Of a DNA stretch of 64,000 nucleotides, positions 49,360 through 58,501 are shown piece after piece. Position 1 is the stretch's first letter. Each line of letters starts with the position of its first letter. The position numbers and the translations under genes are program-made. Source of the stretch: Bacteroidota bacterium (GTDB lineage: Bacteria > Bacteroidota > Bacteroidia > Chitinophagales > LD1); NCBI GenBank assembly GCA_018267365.1, contig JAFDYQ010000020.1, forward strand, positions 1-64,000, read 5' to 3'. Under the pieces are notes generated by a model. It worked only from the letters and a program-made list of their open reading frames with translations, ran no database searches and was not told the origin of the DNA.

Positions 49360-49946
49360 TCAGCGCAGACGAAGCAAGGATCCTGGTATGCGAGTCAGGC
49401 AAGCGCCTCCTGCGTGAGGGCCTCGTAGCCCGTACCTGGGGCAATGTGAGCGTGCGCATTAGCGATACGCACATGATGATCACACCCAGCGGCCGTCCCT
49501 ACACAGAGCTGACACCCGCAGATATGGTAGCGGTCAATTTCTACGACCTGAAATATGAGGGGCATATCAAACCCTCGTCCGAACTAAAACTGCATTGCGA
49601 GGTTTATAAGAAGCGGCCGCACATAGAGGCCGTGATACACACGCACCAGATGTACGCATCCATAGTAGCCGCTGCGCAGAAAGACGTCAAAGTATTGGAC
49701 CAGGAGCACCAGCGCATCCTCGGCGGCACGGTAATAAAATCCGCGCCGTATGCACTGCCGAACTCTAAAGCAATAACCTTTGGCACCGAGAAGGCTATCG
49801 AATCAGCTAACGCTGCCCTCATGGCCAATCACGGTTGTGTCTGCATAGGCCGCAGTCTGGAGGAGGTCTTCCTGATTTGCAAAACACTCGAAGAAGCCTG
49901 CGCGCTCTATATAGATTCTTTCAAAAAGAAAGCAGCGACCACATGA
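49356..49946 (+). CDS. class II aldolase/adducin family protein
   Basis: TWGNVSVR, ITPSG, HTHQ metal ligands, and ANHGCVCIGRSLEEV. Its start overlaps the upstream stop (ATGA). Confidence 0.75.
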   Translation: MISADEARILVCESGKRLLREGLVARTWGNVSVRISDTHMMITPSGRPYTELTPADMVAVNFYDLKYEGHIKPSSELKLHCEVYKKRPHIEAVIHTHQMYASIVAAAQKDVKVLDQEHQRILGGTVIKSAPYALPNSKAITFGTEKAIESANAALMANHGCVCIGRSLEEVFLICKTLEEACALYIDSFKKKAATT

Positions 49947-50476
49947 GCCTGAGAGATGAAAAGGAAGCCTTTCTGGCAAATGTGGAGAGCATCAAGGCCG
50001 GCTACCGTAGCTGGGGCGATGTGAGCATACAGGACATAGTACTGCGCGATAGTCTGCCCGCTCAGGACGCCAAACTGTACCAGGCTATCTTTGCTGCTAA
50101 GAAAAGCGTGCAATGCATCATGGTCACACGCCAGGAGTATGGCTCCGCGCTGCGTGAGGAGGTACCGCCTATACTGGATGACCAGGCGCAGTTGCTCGGC
50201 GTCTCCATTCGCATAGCCAGAGACAACGGCATCGCCGCCGTGATCCGGGCGCTGAACAACCGCTATGCCGCCGTGCTGCCCGATGGGCGCTGTATCTGCA
50301 TAGGAGGTACAGTAGAGGATGCGTATATTGCAGCACAGCTACTGGAGAAAACTGCCAAAGCCTGGACCGAAGCCAAATACCTCGGCGGTGCCAAAAGTAT
50401 CAACCGCTTCGAGGCCTGGGCCATGCAGATGTACTACCAGTTTAAATACGCCAAGGAAGCGAAGAAGAACCGATGA
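49943..50476 (+). CDS. class II aldolase-like protein lacking the conserved His metal ligands (degenerate paralog)
   Basis: The C-terminal LPDGRCICIGGTVEDAYIAAQLLEKTA resembles the aldolase II C-terminus, but no HxH is present. ATGA overlap with the previous gene. Confidence 0.5.
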   Translation: MSLRDEKEAFLANVESIKAGYRSWGDVSIQDIVLRDSLPAQDAKLYQAIFAAKKSVQCIMVTRQEYGSALREEVPPILDDQAQLLGVSIRIARDNGIAAVIRALNNRYAAVLPDGRCICIGGTVEDAYIAAQLLEKTAKAWTEAKYLGGAKSINRFEAWAMQMYYQFKYAKEAKKNR

Positions 50477-50484
50477 GAACTTTC

Positions 50485-50632
50485 GTATTTAGTAGTTAGT
50501 ATTTAGTATAAAGACTAGCTGCAAATACAATACTGAAGAACCTAGAATTACTAAGATGAAGAGACCTCAAAATGTATTAATCTAAATACTTAATACTAAC
50601 TACTAAATACCTTCCCCTAACTACTAAATACC
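50485..50632. repeat. inverted-repeat element: two R2 copies of 25 bp in inverted orientation flanking about 76 bp, plus a partial direct copy
   Basis: gtatttagtagttagtatttagtat (50485..50509) and atacttaatactaactactaaatac (50586..50610) are reverse complements with one mismatch. A partial repeat ctaactactaaatacc follows. Confidence 0.7.
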
Positions 50633-50639
50633 AGCACCA

Positions 50640-52157
50640 GTGGCCTCCATAGAAACCATATCAAACAATCTCAGCTGGCTGCCAAAGCCTATCGCACGCT
50701 TTTTTGAGAAAAGGATGAAGAGCGTCCCCTCTGTGCAGAAGATGATACAGAAAGAAAGCGACAAGGTAGAAGCCACACTCGAGCATACGCTGAAACCCTA
50801 TCGCGGCAAGTATGACACCTACGCCACCATCCCCAGGCAAGGCATAGACCGCGATAAGATCCTCGCCGACATACAGAAGATGCACGATGACGAGATAGGC
50901 ACCTGGGAGGGCGGCTATGTGAGTGGCGGCATCTACAATGGCAATAAAGAGCACATCGACTTTCTCAATAAAGTCTACGCCCTCCAGTCACAGAGCAACC
51001 CGCTGCACACCGATATCTTCCCCAGTGCGACCAAGTTTGAAGCCGAGATCGTGAGCATGGTAGCGGCTATGATGAATAGTCAAAATACACCGGACGGCGC
51101 GCAGGTCTGCGGTGCTGTATCATCAGGAGGTACGGAGAGTATCCTGCTCGCTATGAAGAGCTACCGTGACCGAGCCTATGAGCAGGGCATCACTGCACCG
51201 GAGATGATCCTCTGCGATACGGCACACACCGCCTTTGATAAAGCCTCTCACTACTTTGGCATCAAGCAGATCCGCATACCGATGCGCGCAGACTACTCCA
51301 TAGATGTCGAGGCCGCCCGCCGCGCTATCAACCGCAATACGATCGTGATGGTCGGCTCCGCGCCCACTTTCCCCCACGGCATCATAGATGATATACCTGC
51401 ACTGTCTGAGATCGCACGCCAGCATGGCATAGGCTTCCATACCGACTCCTGCCTCGGCGGATTCATTACGCCATTTGCAGAGAAGCTCGGCTACAAGGTG
51501 CCTGTCATAGATTTCCGCCTGCCCGGTGTCACCTCCATGTCTGTCGATACGCATAAATATGGCTACGCTGCCAAAGGCACCTCCGTCGTCCTCTTCCGCT
51601 CACCTGAGCTGCGCCACTACATGTACTACACCGCTACGGAGTGGCCGGGCGGACTCTACATGTCCCCTACCATCGCGGGCAGCCGCCCCGGTGCGCTGAG
51701 TGCCGCCTGCTGGGCCGCCATGCTGAGCATGGGTGAGGAGGGCTACCTGCGTAGCACCAAGGCTATACTCGAAACTGCCGACTGGATCCGCGAGGAGCTA
51801 AAGTCTATCCCCGAGCTTGAGATCATGGGTAACCCACTCTGGATCTTCGCTATCAAGAGTCGTGACGAATCACTCAATATCTACGAAGTACTCGATCAGA
51901 TGGGCAAAAAACGCTGGAGCCTCAATGGCCTCCACAAGCCATCCTGCTTTCACATAGCCCTCACCCTGCGCCACACACAGCCGGGTGTCAAAGAGCGCTT
52001 CATCTCCGATCTGCGCGAGTCAGTAGCGTTTGTCAAAGCCAATCCGGGTAATAAGGAAGGCCTCGCGCCGGTGTATGGTCTTGCTGCTACGCTGCCTTTC
52101 CGCGGTGTAGTCACTGACATCCTGAAGAAGTACCTCGATGTGGTGTATAAGGTGTAG
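50640..52157 (+). CDS. PLP-dependent group II decarboxylase-fold enzyme, sphingosine-1-phosphate lyase-like
   Basis: 505 aa with SGGTESILLA, DTAHTAF and SVDTHKYGYAAKGTS (PLP-binding Lys region), the pattern of SPL / glutamate decarboxylase-type enzymes. Confidence 0.65.
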   Translation: MASIETISNNLSWLPKPIARFFEKRMKSVPSVQKMIQKESDKVEATLEHTLKPYRGKYDTYATIPRQGIDRDKILADIQKMHDDEIGTWEGGYVSGGIYNGNKEHIDFLNKVYALQSQSNPLHTDIFPSATKFEAEIVSMVAAMMNSQNTPDGAQVCGAVSSGGTESILLAMKSYRDRAYEQGITAPEMILCDTAHTAFDKASHYFGIKQIRIPMRADYSIDVEAARRAINRNTIVMVGSAPTFPHGIIDDIPALSEIARQHGIGFHTDSCLGGFITPFAEKLGYKVPVIDFRLPGVTSMSVDTHKYGYAAKGTSVVLFRSPELRHYMYYTATEWPGGLYMSPTIAGSRPGALSAACWAAMLSMGEEGYLRSTKAILETADWIREELKSIPELEIMGNPLWIFAIKSRDESLNIYEVLDQMGKKRWSLNGLHKPSCFHIALTLRHTQPGVKERFISDLRESVAFVKANPGNKEGLAPVYGLAATLPFRGVVTDILKKYLDVVYKV

Positions 52158-52308
52158 GCTTTTAATACAATATTGCTGAGCAGCTGATTTCATTTAACTA
52201 GTCATATAATAGCAGAAAAATGGCCTTATCGTCTCATTCTACAATAAGGCGTAAGACTTTTCCGTCTACCTTTGTATTGCTTTCTTTCACTACTAAATCA
52301 TATACCTC

Positions 52309-53301
52309 ATGATACCAAAAAGACCAATGGGCCGCCAGGGCATCACCGCATCCATCCTCGGCCTCGGCTGTATGGGCATGAGCGATTTCTATAGCGGCCG
52401 CGATGATGATGAGTCCATCCGCACGATCCACCGCGCGCTGGAGCTGGGTATCACCCTGCTCGATACCGCAGATGCTTATGGCCCGCACACCAATGAAGAA
52501 CTGGTAGGCCGAGCCATCAAAGGCAAGCGCGATCAGGTCACGCTCGCAACGAAGTTTGGCATCGTGCGCGATCCCAATAATGCCCTCGCACGCGGCTTCA
52601 ATGGCAGACCAGACTACGTCAAAGCCTCCTGCGAGGCCAGTCTCAAAAGGCTAGGCGTAGACGTGATAGACCTCTACTACTACCACCGCAAAGCTGATGA
52701 TACGCCGATAGAAGACACCATAGGCGCTATGGCAGACCTGGTGAAAGAAGGCAAAGTGCGTGGCATCGGCGTCTCCGAGTTATCTGCAGCTACGCTTCGC
52801 AAAGCACACACCACGCACCCACTCACCGCGCTCCAATCAGAATACTCCCTCTGGAGCCGCGAGCCGGAGGACGAAGTACTAGGCGTATGCAGAGAGCTAG
52901 GTATTGCCTTTGTACCCTACAGCCCACTGGGCAGAGGTTTTCTTACCGGTCAGTTCAAATCGCCGGATGATTTCGCCCCGGATGATTATCGCAGAAACTC
53001 ACCGCGCTTTCAGGGCGAGAACTTTCAGAAGAACCTCAACCTTGTCAAAAAAATTGAAGAGTTAGCCGCAAAGAAAAATTGTACAGCCTCACAGCTCGCA
53101 CTTGCGTGGGTGCTTGCACAGGGTGATGACATCTTCCCCATCCCCGGCACCAAGCGTGTGAAATATCTGGAGGAAAACGCAGCAGCCACAGATGTAAAAC
53201 TCACTGCAGAAGACCTCAAAGAGATCGACGCCATCGCCCCCAAAGGCGTAGCCGCCGGCCCGCGCTATCCGGAGAATATGATGACGGCAGTAAACAGATA
53301 G
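52309..53301 (+). CDS. aldo/keto reductase
   Basis: [23 protein letters not shown] and IGVSE: the AKR catalytic tetrad context. Confidence 0.8.
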   Translation: MIPKRPMGRQGITASILGLGCMGMSDFYSGRDDDESIRTIHRALELGITLLDTADAYGPHTNEELVGRAIKGKRDQVTLATKFGIVRDPNNALARGFNGRPDYVKASCEASLKRLGVDVIDLYYYHRKADDTPIEDTIGAMADLVKEGKVRGIGVSELSAATLRKAHTTHPLTALQSEYSLWSREPEDEVLGVCRELGIAFVPYSPLGRGFLTGQFKSPDDFAPDDYRRNSPRFQGENFQKNLNLVKKIEELAAKKNCTASQLALAWVLAQGDDIFPIPGTKRVKYLEENAAATDVKLTAEDLKEIDAIAPKGVAAGPRYPENMMTAVNR

Positions 53302-53328
53302 AGACGCAACATCTTGCGTCTTCACACC

Positions 53329-53377
53329 AAAAAAATTATGGAAGCGAGCCCCATAACTTTGGGGCTCGCTTCCATAA
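53329..53377 (-). terminator. strong intrinsic terminator on the minus strand (17-bp perfect stem plus U7)
   Basis: Plus strand reads aaaaaaa-ttatggaagcgagcccc-ataacttt-ggggctcgcttccataa. On the minus strand the hairpin is followed by seven U. No minus-strand ORF lies upstream of it. Confidence 0.65.
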
Positions 53378-53704
53378 TACTTCTGTATGAGCATTCCCCT
53401 GGCCTTGCGTACTTAGCCGTTAAGAAACAACCGCATCGCATGGCAAGCCTGCCTGGCGGCAGACAGGGTTGGCGGCCACTGTTTGAACCATCTCGCAGCA
53501 GGATAAGCAGGTCATGATCACGCCCTATAGACTCCGTCAGTACGCGGTGACTTTGGCCGGCAGCGGGCGGGCCGCGGTTGTTTTAGGCTAAGTGCGCAAA
53601 GCCTTGATCTTTTGTTTCTTTTGGATCAAGCCAAAAGAAAGGCGGAGAACTTGTTGTTACATCACAGGAGAATATCCCCAATCTAAATTCACTATCTTTC
53701 CCCT

Positions 53705-54760
53705 ATGACCAAACGCGTACCCACACCCCATATCTCTAAGAAGAAGATCATGTACCGCGTCTCCCCGGAGCTGCGGGCCTATCTGCGCAGGTATGACAGG
53801 GAGCGGCCACTGCCATTGCAATATGCGGATCTCAAACGCTTCGAGAACTCTATGGTGGTCTACGACAAGAACGGCAAGGATACGCTTTGGGTATCGGCCA
53901 TCTACTCACAAAGTGAGACTGCCGAGCTGCACCAGGGGCTGAAGGAGATCTACTCTATCCTCAAAACAGGTGGCGATAAGAGCGTACATCAGCACCTGCA
54001 TATAGAGCGCGTAGACTTCTGCACCTTTGGCAATTCCAACCCCTTCCGCGTCAAGATCGTCAATAACTACAATGACGTTTACGACTACTTCTATATCAAG
54101 CAGGCCGACGCCAGCCGTGTATATGGACTGGAGCTGGAGCACATCCTCTCCCCTAGCCGCATCAATTATTTTGTAGATACGCACACGCTGATAGAAGAGC
54201 ACATAGCTGGTATACCGGGAGATGCCTTTATCTCAAACTTTCTCAGCAATCCGGAGTTTAACCAGAAGCGCATAGCCAAGGAGTTTGTGAAGTTTAACGA
54301 GCGCGCCTTCGTACGGCTGCTCGGCGATATGCGGTCATACAATTATGTGTTTGACATCACGCCGGACTTTGAGGATGTGCAGTTTCGTATCCGTGCCATA
54401 GACTTTGACCAGCAGAGCTACGAGGGTCGAAAGAACCTTTACCTCCCGCAGTTCTTCAAAGAAAATAAAGCACTCGTAGACCTGGTGAAAAAGCACATCA
54501 ACGATGAGGTGATCAAGCAATACCAGAGCGAGGAGCGAACACTCATCTCTCAGCGTATCATCGCTTCGCGCGTACAGCTACAGGAGCTGCTCACCACTAT
54601 GGAGCAGGATGTGATAGCTCCTGCGGAGAAAGTATCGCAACTCTGCGCGGAGCTCTCCAAACACTACAAGACCGACTTCAGCGACTGCCATAGTATGGGC
54701 GATATCCTGAGGCAATGCCTCAATATCGTGATAGGCCGAAATGGTGAAAAGCTGAAATGA
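53705..54760 (+). CDS. hypothetical cytoplasmic protein, possibly protein-kinase-like fold
   Basis: 351 aa with no signal peptide. Weak kinase-like motifs (LGDMRSYN = D-x4-N, and IDFD). Assignment is tentative. Confidence 0.4.
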   Translation: MTKRVPTPHISKKKIMYRVSPELRAYLRRYDRERPLPLQYADLKRFENSMVVYDKNGKDTLWVSAIYSQSETAELHQGLKEIYSILKTGGDKSVHQHLHIERVDFCTFGNSNPFRVKIVNNYNDVYDYFYIKQADASRVYGLELEHILSPSRINYFVDTHTLIEEHIAGIPGDAFISNFLSNPEFNQKRIAKEFVKFNERAFVRLLGDMRSYNYVFDITPDFEDVQFRIRAIDFDQQSYEGRKNLYLPQFFKENKALVDLVKKHINDEVIKQYQSEERTLISQRIIASRVQLQELLTTMEQDVIAPAEKVSQLCAELSKHYKTDFSDCHSMGDILRQCLNIVIGRNGEKLK

Positions 54761-54779
54761 GTTCATTCAAAAATAAATT

Positions 54780-54793
54780 ATACCGATTGGTAT
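54780..54793. promoter_or_regulatory. palindromic operator-like site ATACC-GATT-GGTAT upstream of the TetR gene
   Basis: aaattATACCgattGGTATattta, about 25 nt upstream of the TetR start. An identical core sits downstream of the TetR gene. Confidence 0.55.
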
Positions 54794-54818
54794 ATTTATA
54801 TAACTTTGTAACCCGCAG

Positions 54819-55421
54819 ATGGCTGAGACACTATCCAAAGCAGAGCGTACACGGCAGTATATCATAGAGCGCACCGCACCGGTCTTCAATGAGAAGGGCT
54901 ATGCGGGTACGTCTATGCAGGACCTCACTGACGCTACCGGACTGACTAAGGGCAGCATCTATGGCAATTTTGAGAATAAAGATGAAGTAGCCCTCGCGGT
55001 CTTTGATTATAACTTTGGCCGGGTCACAGACTACCTGCGCGAGCGCATCTCCCTGCATGATAGCGCCATAGACCGCTTGTTAGTGTATCCGCATGTCTAC
55101 AAAGATTTCCTGAAGATCCCATTTCTGAAAGCCGGCTGTCCGCTGCTCAATACGTCTACAGAAGCCGATGACACACATCCGGCCCTACGCGAAAGAGCAT
55201 CTAAGGCCCTGGCCTTCTGGCGTGGCACCCTGGAGAATCAGGTGAAGAGGGGGATAGAGCGCGGTGAGATCAGAAAAGGGACCAGCCCCGCCGAGGTGGC
55301 AGTCATACTCATGTGCCTGCTGGAGGGTGCAGTCATGCAGGCCAAGGTACATGGTCGTCCTACCGAGCTGCGTATCGCTATGAAGTATCTCGAAAATTTT
55401 ATCCTAAGTCTGAGGCCCTGA
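54819..55421 (+). CDS. TetR/AcrR family transcriptional regulator
   Basis: N-terminal HTH (GYAGTSMQDLTDATGLTKGSIYGNF). Confidence 0.8.
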   Translation: MAETLSKAERTRQYIIERTAPVFNEKGYAGTSMQDLTDATGLTKGSIYGNFENKDEVALAVFDYNFGRVTDYLRERISLHDSAIDRLLVYPHVYKDFLKIPFLKAGCPLLNTSTEADDTHPALRERASKALAFWRGTLENQVKRGIERGEIRKGTSPAEVAVILMCLLEGAVMQAKVHGRPTELRIAMKYLENFILSLRP

Positions 55422-55439
55422 TTTTTTTTGCAATTAAAT

Positions 55440-55453
55440 ATACCGATTGGTAT
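55440..55453. promoter_or_regulatory. second copy of the ATACC-GATT-GGTAT operator-like palindrome, upstream of the thioesterase gene
   Basis: taaatATACCgattGGTATttttt, about 40 nt upstream of the start at 55495. Confidence 0.55.
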
Positions 55454-55494
55454 TTTTTTTTAAAAATAGATTATTCACCCAAAAATAAAACACA

Positions 55495-55977
55495 ATGACA
55501 ATAGCCACCTTGCCCAAGGAACTGGAAAGCCAATCACTGATACGCTTTCCTGACTGCGATCCCTTCAATCATCTCAATAACTCCCGCTACATAGACTATA
55601 TCATCAATGCGCGGGAGGACCAGCTCATGAGCTATTACGACTTTGATGTCTACAAGCTGGCCAAAGAGCAGGGCCTTTCATGGGTAGTGGCGCAGACGCA
55701 GATAGCCTATCTCGCACCTGCTGAGCTGATGGAGATCGTGACCATCCAGACACGGCTGATGGGTTTCACAGAGAAAGGCCTGATGGTAGAGGCCATCATG
55801 TGGAATGAAAACAAGACCCATATCAAAGCCCTCATGTGGACCCGCCTGGCCCACTACAACCTCCAAACCCGCACCGGACACAAACACTCCGATGAACTGA
55901 CACAATTCTTCTCAAAAATTGTAGCGCCACTTTCTACAACCGTTACCTTTGAAGAGCGTATTAAATCATTGCGTTAG
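55495..55977 (+). CDS. acyl-CoA thioesterase, hotdog fold (4HBT/YbgC-like)
   Basis: FPDCDPFNHLNNSRYIDY is typical of the 4HBT N-terminus. Confidence 0.65.
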   Translation: MTIATLPKELESQSLIRFPDCDPFNHLNNSRYIDYIINAREDQLMSYYDFDVYKLAKEQGLSWVVAQTQIAYLAPAELMEIVTIQTRLMGFTEKGLMVEAIMWNENKTHIKALMWTRLAHYNLQTRTGHKHSDELTQFFSKIVAPLSTTVTFEERIKSLR

Positions 55978-56013
55978 CATCAAAAAAGCGGAAATTTGCG
56001 AGGGAAATTCCAT

Positions 56014-56056
56014 AAAAAATAAACATGAAATTTCCCGAAGCAATCTTCAACTTTAA
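56014..56056. repeat. intergenic repeat family R1, copy B
   Basis: aaaaaataaacatgaaatttcccgaagcaatcttcaactttaa. Confidence 0.7.
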
Positions 56057-56135
56057 AGCTGAATCTTTTAAAAAATCATCCGGCTGTTAAAGTCCCCTTG
56101 GGGGATGTAAGGGCTGCATTAAACCAAAAAACATC

Positions 56136-56702
56136 ATGAGATCAGATTATCTGAAGAGCGTCACCAAGCAATTTGAATACTACAAGCTCCTCGGGGAGAA
56201 AACCTTTGCGCAGCTGCCGGACGAGAAACTCTTCTGGCAATACAACGAAGAGAGTAATAGCATAGCCACTATTGTGAAGCACCTCTCAGGCAATATGCTG
56301 AGCCGCTGGACCGACTTTCTCACTACAGATGGCGAAAAAGAATGGCGCAATAGAGATGGCGAATTTGACGGCGATATCAGCACCAGAGAGCAGATGATGG
56401 CCCTATGGGACCGCGGCTGGACAGTCTTTTTAGATACCCTTCGCTCCCTGGGTGACGAGGACCTGTCACAGATCATCTATATCCGCAATCAGGGCCATAC
56501 TGTGACCGAGGCCATCAATAGGCAACTCGCGCACTATCCCTATCACATCGGGCAGATCGTCTTCATAGGCAAGATGGCCGCCGACAGTTGGACCTCCCTC
56601 TCTATACCACGGGGCAACTCGCAAAACTATAATGCTGACAAGTTTGCGCAGCCTAAGCATAAAGCGCACTTCACTGACGAATTTATAAAGGATAAAAAGT
56701 AG
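56136..56702 (+). CDS. DinB/YfiT-like (DUF1572-type) protein
   Basis: 188-aa protein with a four-helix-bundle-like sequence (HLSGNM...W). Tentative. Confidence 0.5.
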   Translation: MRSDYLKSVTKQFEYYKLLGEKTFAQLPDEKLFWQYNEESNSIATIVKHLSGNMLSRWTDFLTTDGEKEWRNRDGEFDGDISTREQMMALWDRGWTVFLDTLRSLGDEDLSQIIYIRNQGHTVTEAINRQLAHYPYHIGQIVFIGKMAADSWTSLSIPRGNSQNYNADKFAQPKHKAHFTDEFIKDKK

Positions 56703-56706
56703 CGTG

Positions 56707-57363
56707 TCATTCCTCTGATATGGCCGGCGCCTCGCGTATGTACGAGGCCTTATCCAGGCAGTCCAGCATAAACCGGGCGACATGCTTTCTGCTGATATGT
56801 AGTGTAGGTGGGGCTTTGTGCAGGGTCACATGTAGTTTATGCAGTTCATCTCTATCGTTCAGCCCTACGGGCCGGACAAACGTCCAGTCAAGTTCTGACT
56901 CTGATAGCAGCTGCTCTTGCATATTATGGTCGTCATAGACGATCTTGAAGTGGGTCCACTTTATGAGCAGCCGCATGACCCAGTGTACATCCGGATAGCT
57001 ATCGCCCGCACCCAGTGCGGTCTGTACTATTACTCGCCGCACACCGGCCTCTTTCATCGCCTGGATCGTGGCCCTCATAGTTTGCTCCAGCGTATGCGGC
57101 GGGTCTATTTTGCCCAGTCTGAGTATCTCGGACTGATGCAGCGCACCCAGCGTGCTGATCACCGCATCGCAGCCCTGTATGGCCGTGCGGATAGTATCCA
57201 GGTCCGTAGTATCGCCTTGTATCACTTTGAGATGGCTGCTTTTGGCCGTGACACGGCTGCTGTCCCTCACCAGCGCCACCACCTCATAGCCACGGTGCAG
57301 CGCCTGGTCCAGTACCTGGCGGCCTGTCCGTCCGGTAGCTCCATATAGCAGAATGCGTTTCAT
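56707..57363 (-). CDS. NAD(P)H-binding oxidoreductase (atypical SDR/NmrA-like)
   Basis: N-terminal GATGRTG Rossmann motif. Confidence 0.75.
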   Translation of the reverse strand: MKRILLYGATGRTGRQVLDQALHRGYEVVALVRDSSRVTAKSSHLKVIQGDTTDLDTIRTAIQGCDAVISTLGALHQSEILRLGKIDPPHTLEQTMRATIQAMKEAGVRRVIVQTALGAGDSYPDVHWVMRLLIKWTHFKIVYDDHNMQEQLLSESELDWTFVRPVGLNDRDELHKLHVTLHKAPPTLHISRKHVARFMLDCLDKASYIREAPAISEE

Positions 57364-57481
57364 GTGACGTGTTTTAAGAATTTGTTAATATCAAATATTT
57401 GGCCAAACCGGTCCCCTATACATTTCGGGTGTTGACGGATATCCTTTATCAGGCATACTTTTTTGAGATATTTTTATCTGT

Positions 57482-58501
57482 ATGAACGGCAAGAAAAAAG
57501 TACAACTCGTGCTGGGCAGTGGTGGTGCCCGAGGTATAGCTCACATCGGCGTGATCCAGATGCTGGAGGAGCAGGGCTATGAGATAGTAGGCGTGTACGG
57601 TTGCTCTATGGGAGCCATCATCGGAGGTCTCTACTGTGCGGGCATCATGAAAGAATACACTGACTGGCTGCTAAAGCAGACCAAAAGCGATGTGTACCGC
57701 CTCTTTGACATCACTTTCTCTATGGCAGGCTTCGTAAAAGGCGAGAAGATATTTGGCCTGCTGCAGCAGATGTCCGGAGCCAAAAATATAGAAGACCTGC
57801 CTGTAGAGTTTATAGCAGTAGCTACAGATATCCTGGCCCGCAAAGAAATTCATTTTACCAGCGGCGATCTGTACAAAGCCATCAGGGCCTCGTCTGGTAT
57901 ACCCGGGGTATTCACTCCTATAGCTCATGAGAAAAGCCTCTATGTAGATGGCGGCGTGCTCAATCCGCTGCCCGTAGATATCTTTGAGCGCAGGGATGAT
58001 GCTATAGTGGTGGCAGTCAACCTCAATGGAGCAGTGCCCAATGACCTCGTGGCTGACGTCGCTACTCAGACGGTGGCCCACGAAGAGACGGAGAGCAGTG
58101 CCGCACAGATCATAGCCAGGCTCAAGAGCTTTTTCACCGGGCAAAAGGATAATGACAGCACAGAAGATGAAGCGCCTGCCAAGGTGGAAAAGGCAGCGCA
58201 GCATGTGACAGAAAAAGAAGTGCAGCAGATCACCAATCTGCCATCTTTGTCTATGTTTGACCTGCTGAGTGAGTCATACGATGCCTCTCTGGACCGCCTG
58301 GTAGAGATCATGCTGCAGATGCACCCGGTAGATATACTGATAGAGATACCTCGTACCGCTGCCTCTGTATTTGAGTTTTACCGCGCGGCAGAGCTGATAG
58401 AGGTAGGCCGCAAAGCATACAAACAATCTATGGATACACTGAAATCTACCAAGGACGAATCAACCCTACCCGCGCGTGAAGCACCAGCAAAAGATAAATG
58501 A
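57482..58501 (+). CDS. patatin-like phospholipase
   Basis: GSGGARG oxyanion motif, GCSMG nucleophile elbow, and a DGG catalytic Asp motif. Confidence 0.8.
   Translation: MNGKKKVQLVLGSGGARGIAHIGVIQMLEEQGYEIVGVYGCSMGAIIGGLYCAGIMKEYTDWLLKQTKSDVYRLFDITFSMAGFVKGEKIFGLLQQMSGAKNIEDLPVEFIAVATDILARKEIHFTSGDLYKAIRASSGIPGVFTPIAHEKSLYVDGGVLNPLPVDIFERRDDAIVVAVNLNGAVPNDLVADVATQTVAHEETESSAAQIIARLKSFFTGQKDNDSTEDEAPAKVEKAAQHVTEKEVQQITNLPSLSMFDLLSESYDASLDRLVEIMLQMHPVDILIEIPRTAASVFEFYRAAELIEVGRKAYKQSMDTLKSTKDESTLPAREAPAKDK

Noticed and set aside
53400-53640. SRP RNA, tmRNA or RNase P RNA in the GC-rich intergenic region
   Set aside because: I looked for the GGAA tetraloop and AGCAGC helix-8 motif, the GGUUCGAAUCC...CCA tmRNA 3' end, and the GGAAAGUCCGGGC P4 motif on both strands and found none. 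It is kept only as an unclassified ncRNA candidate.
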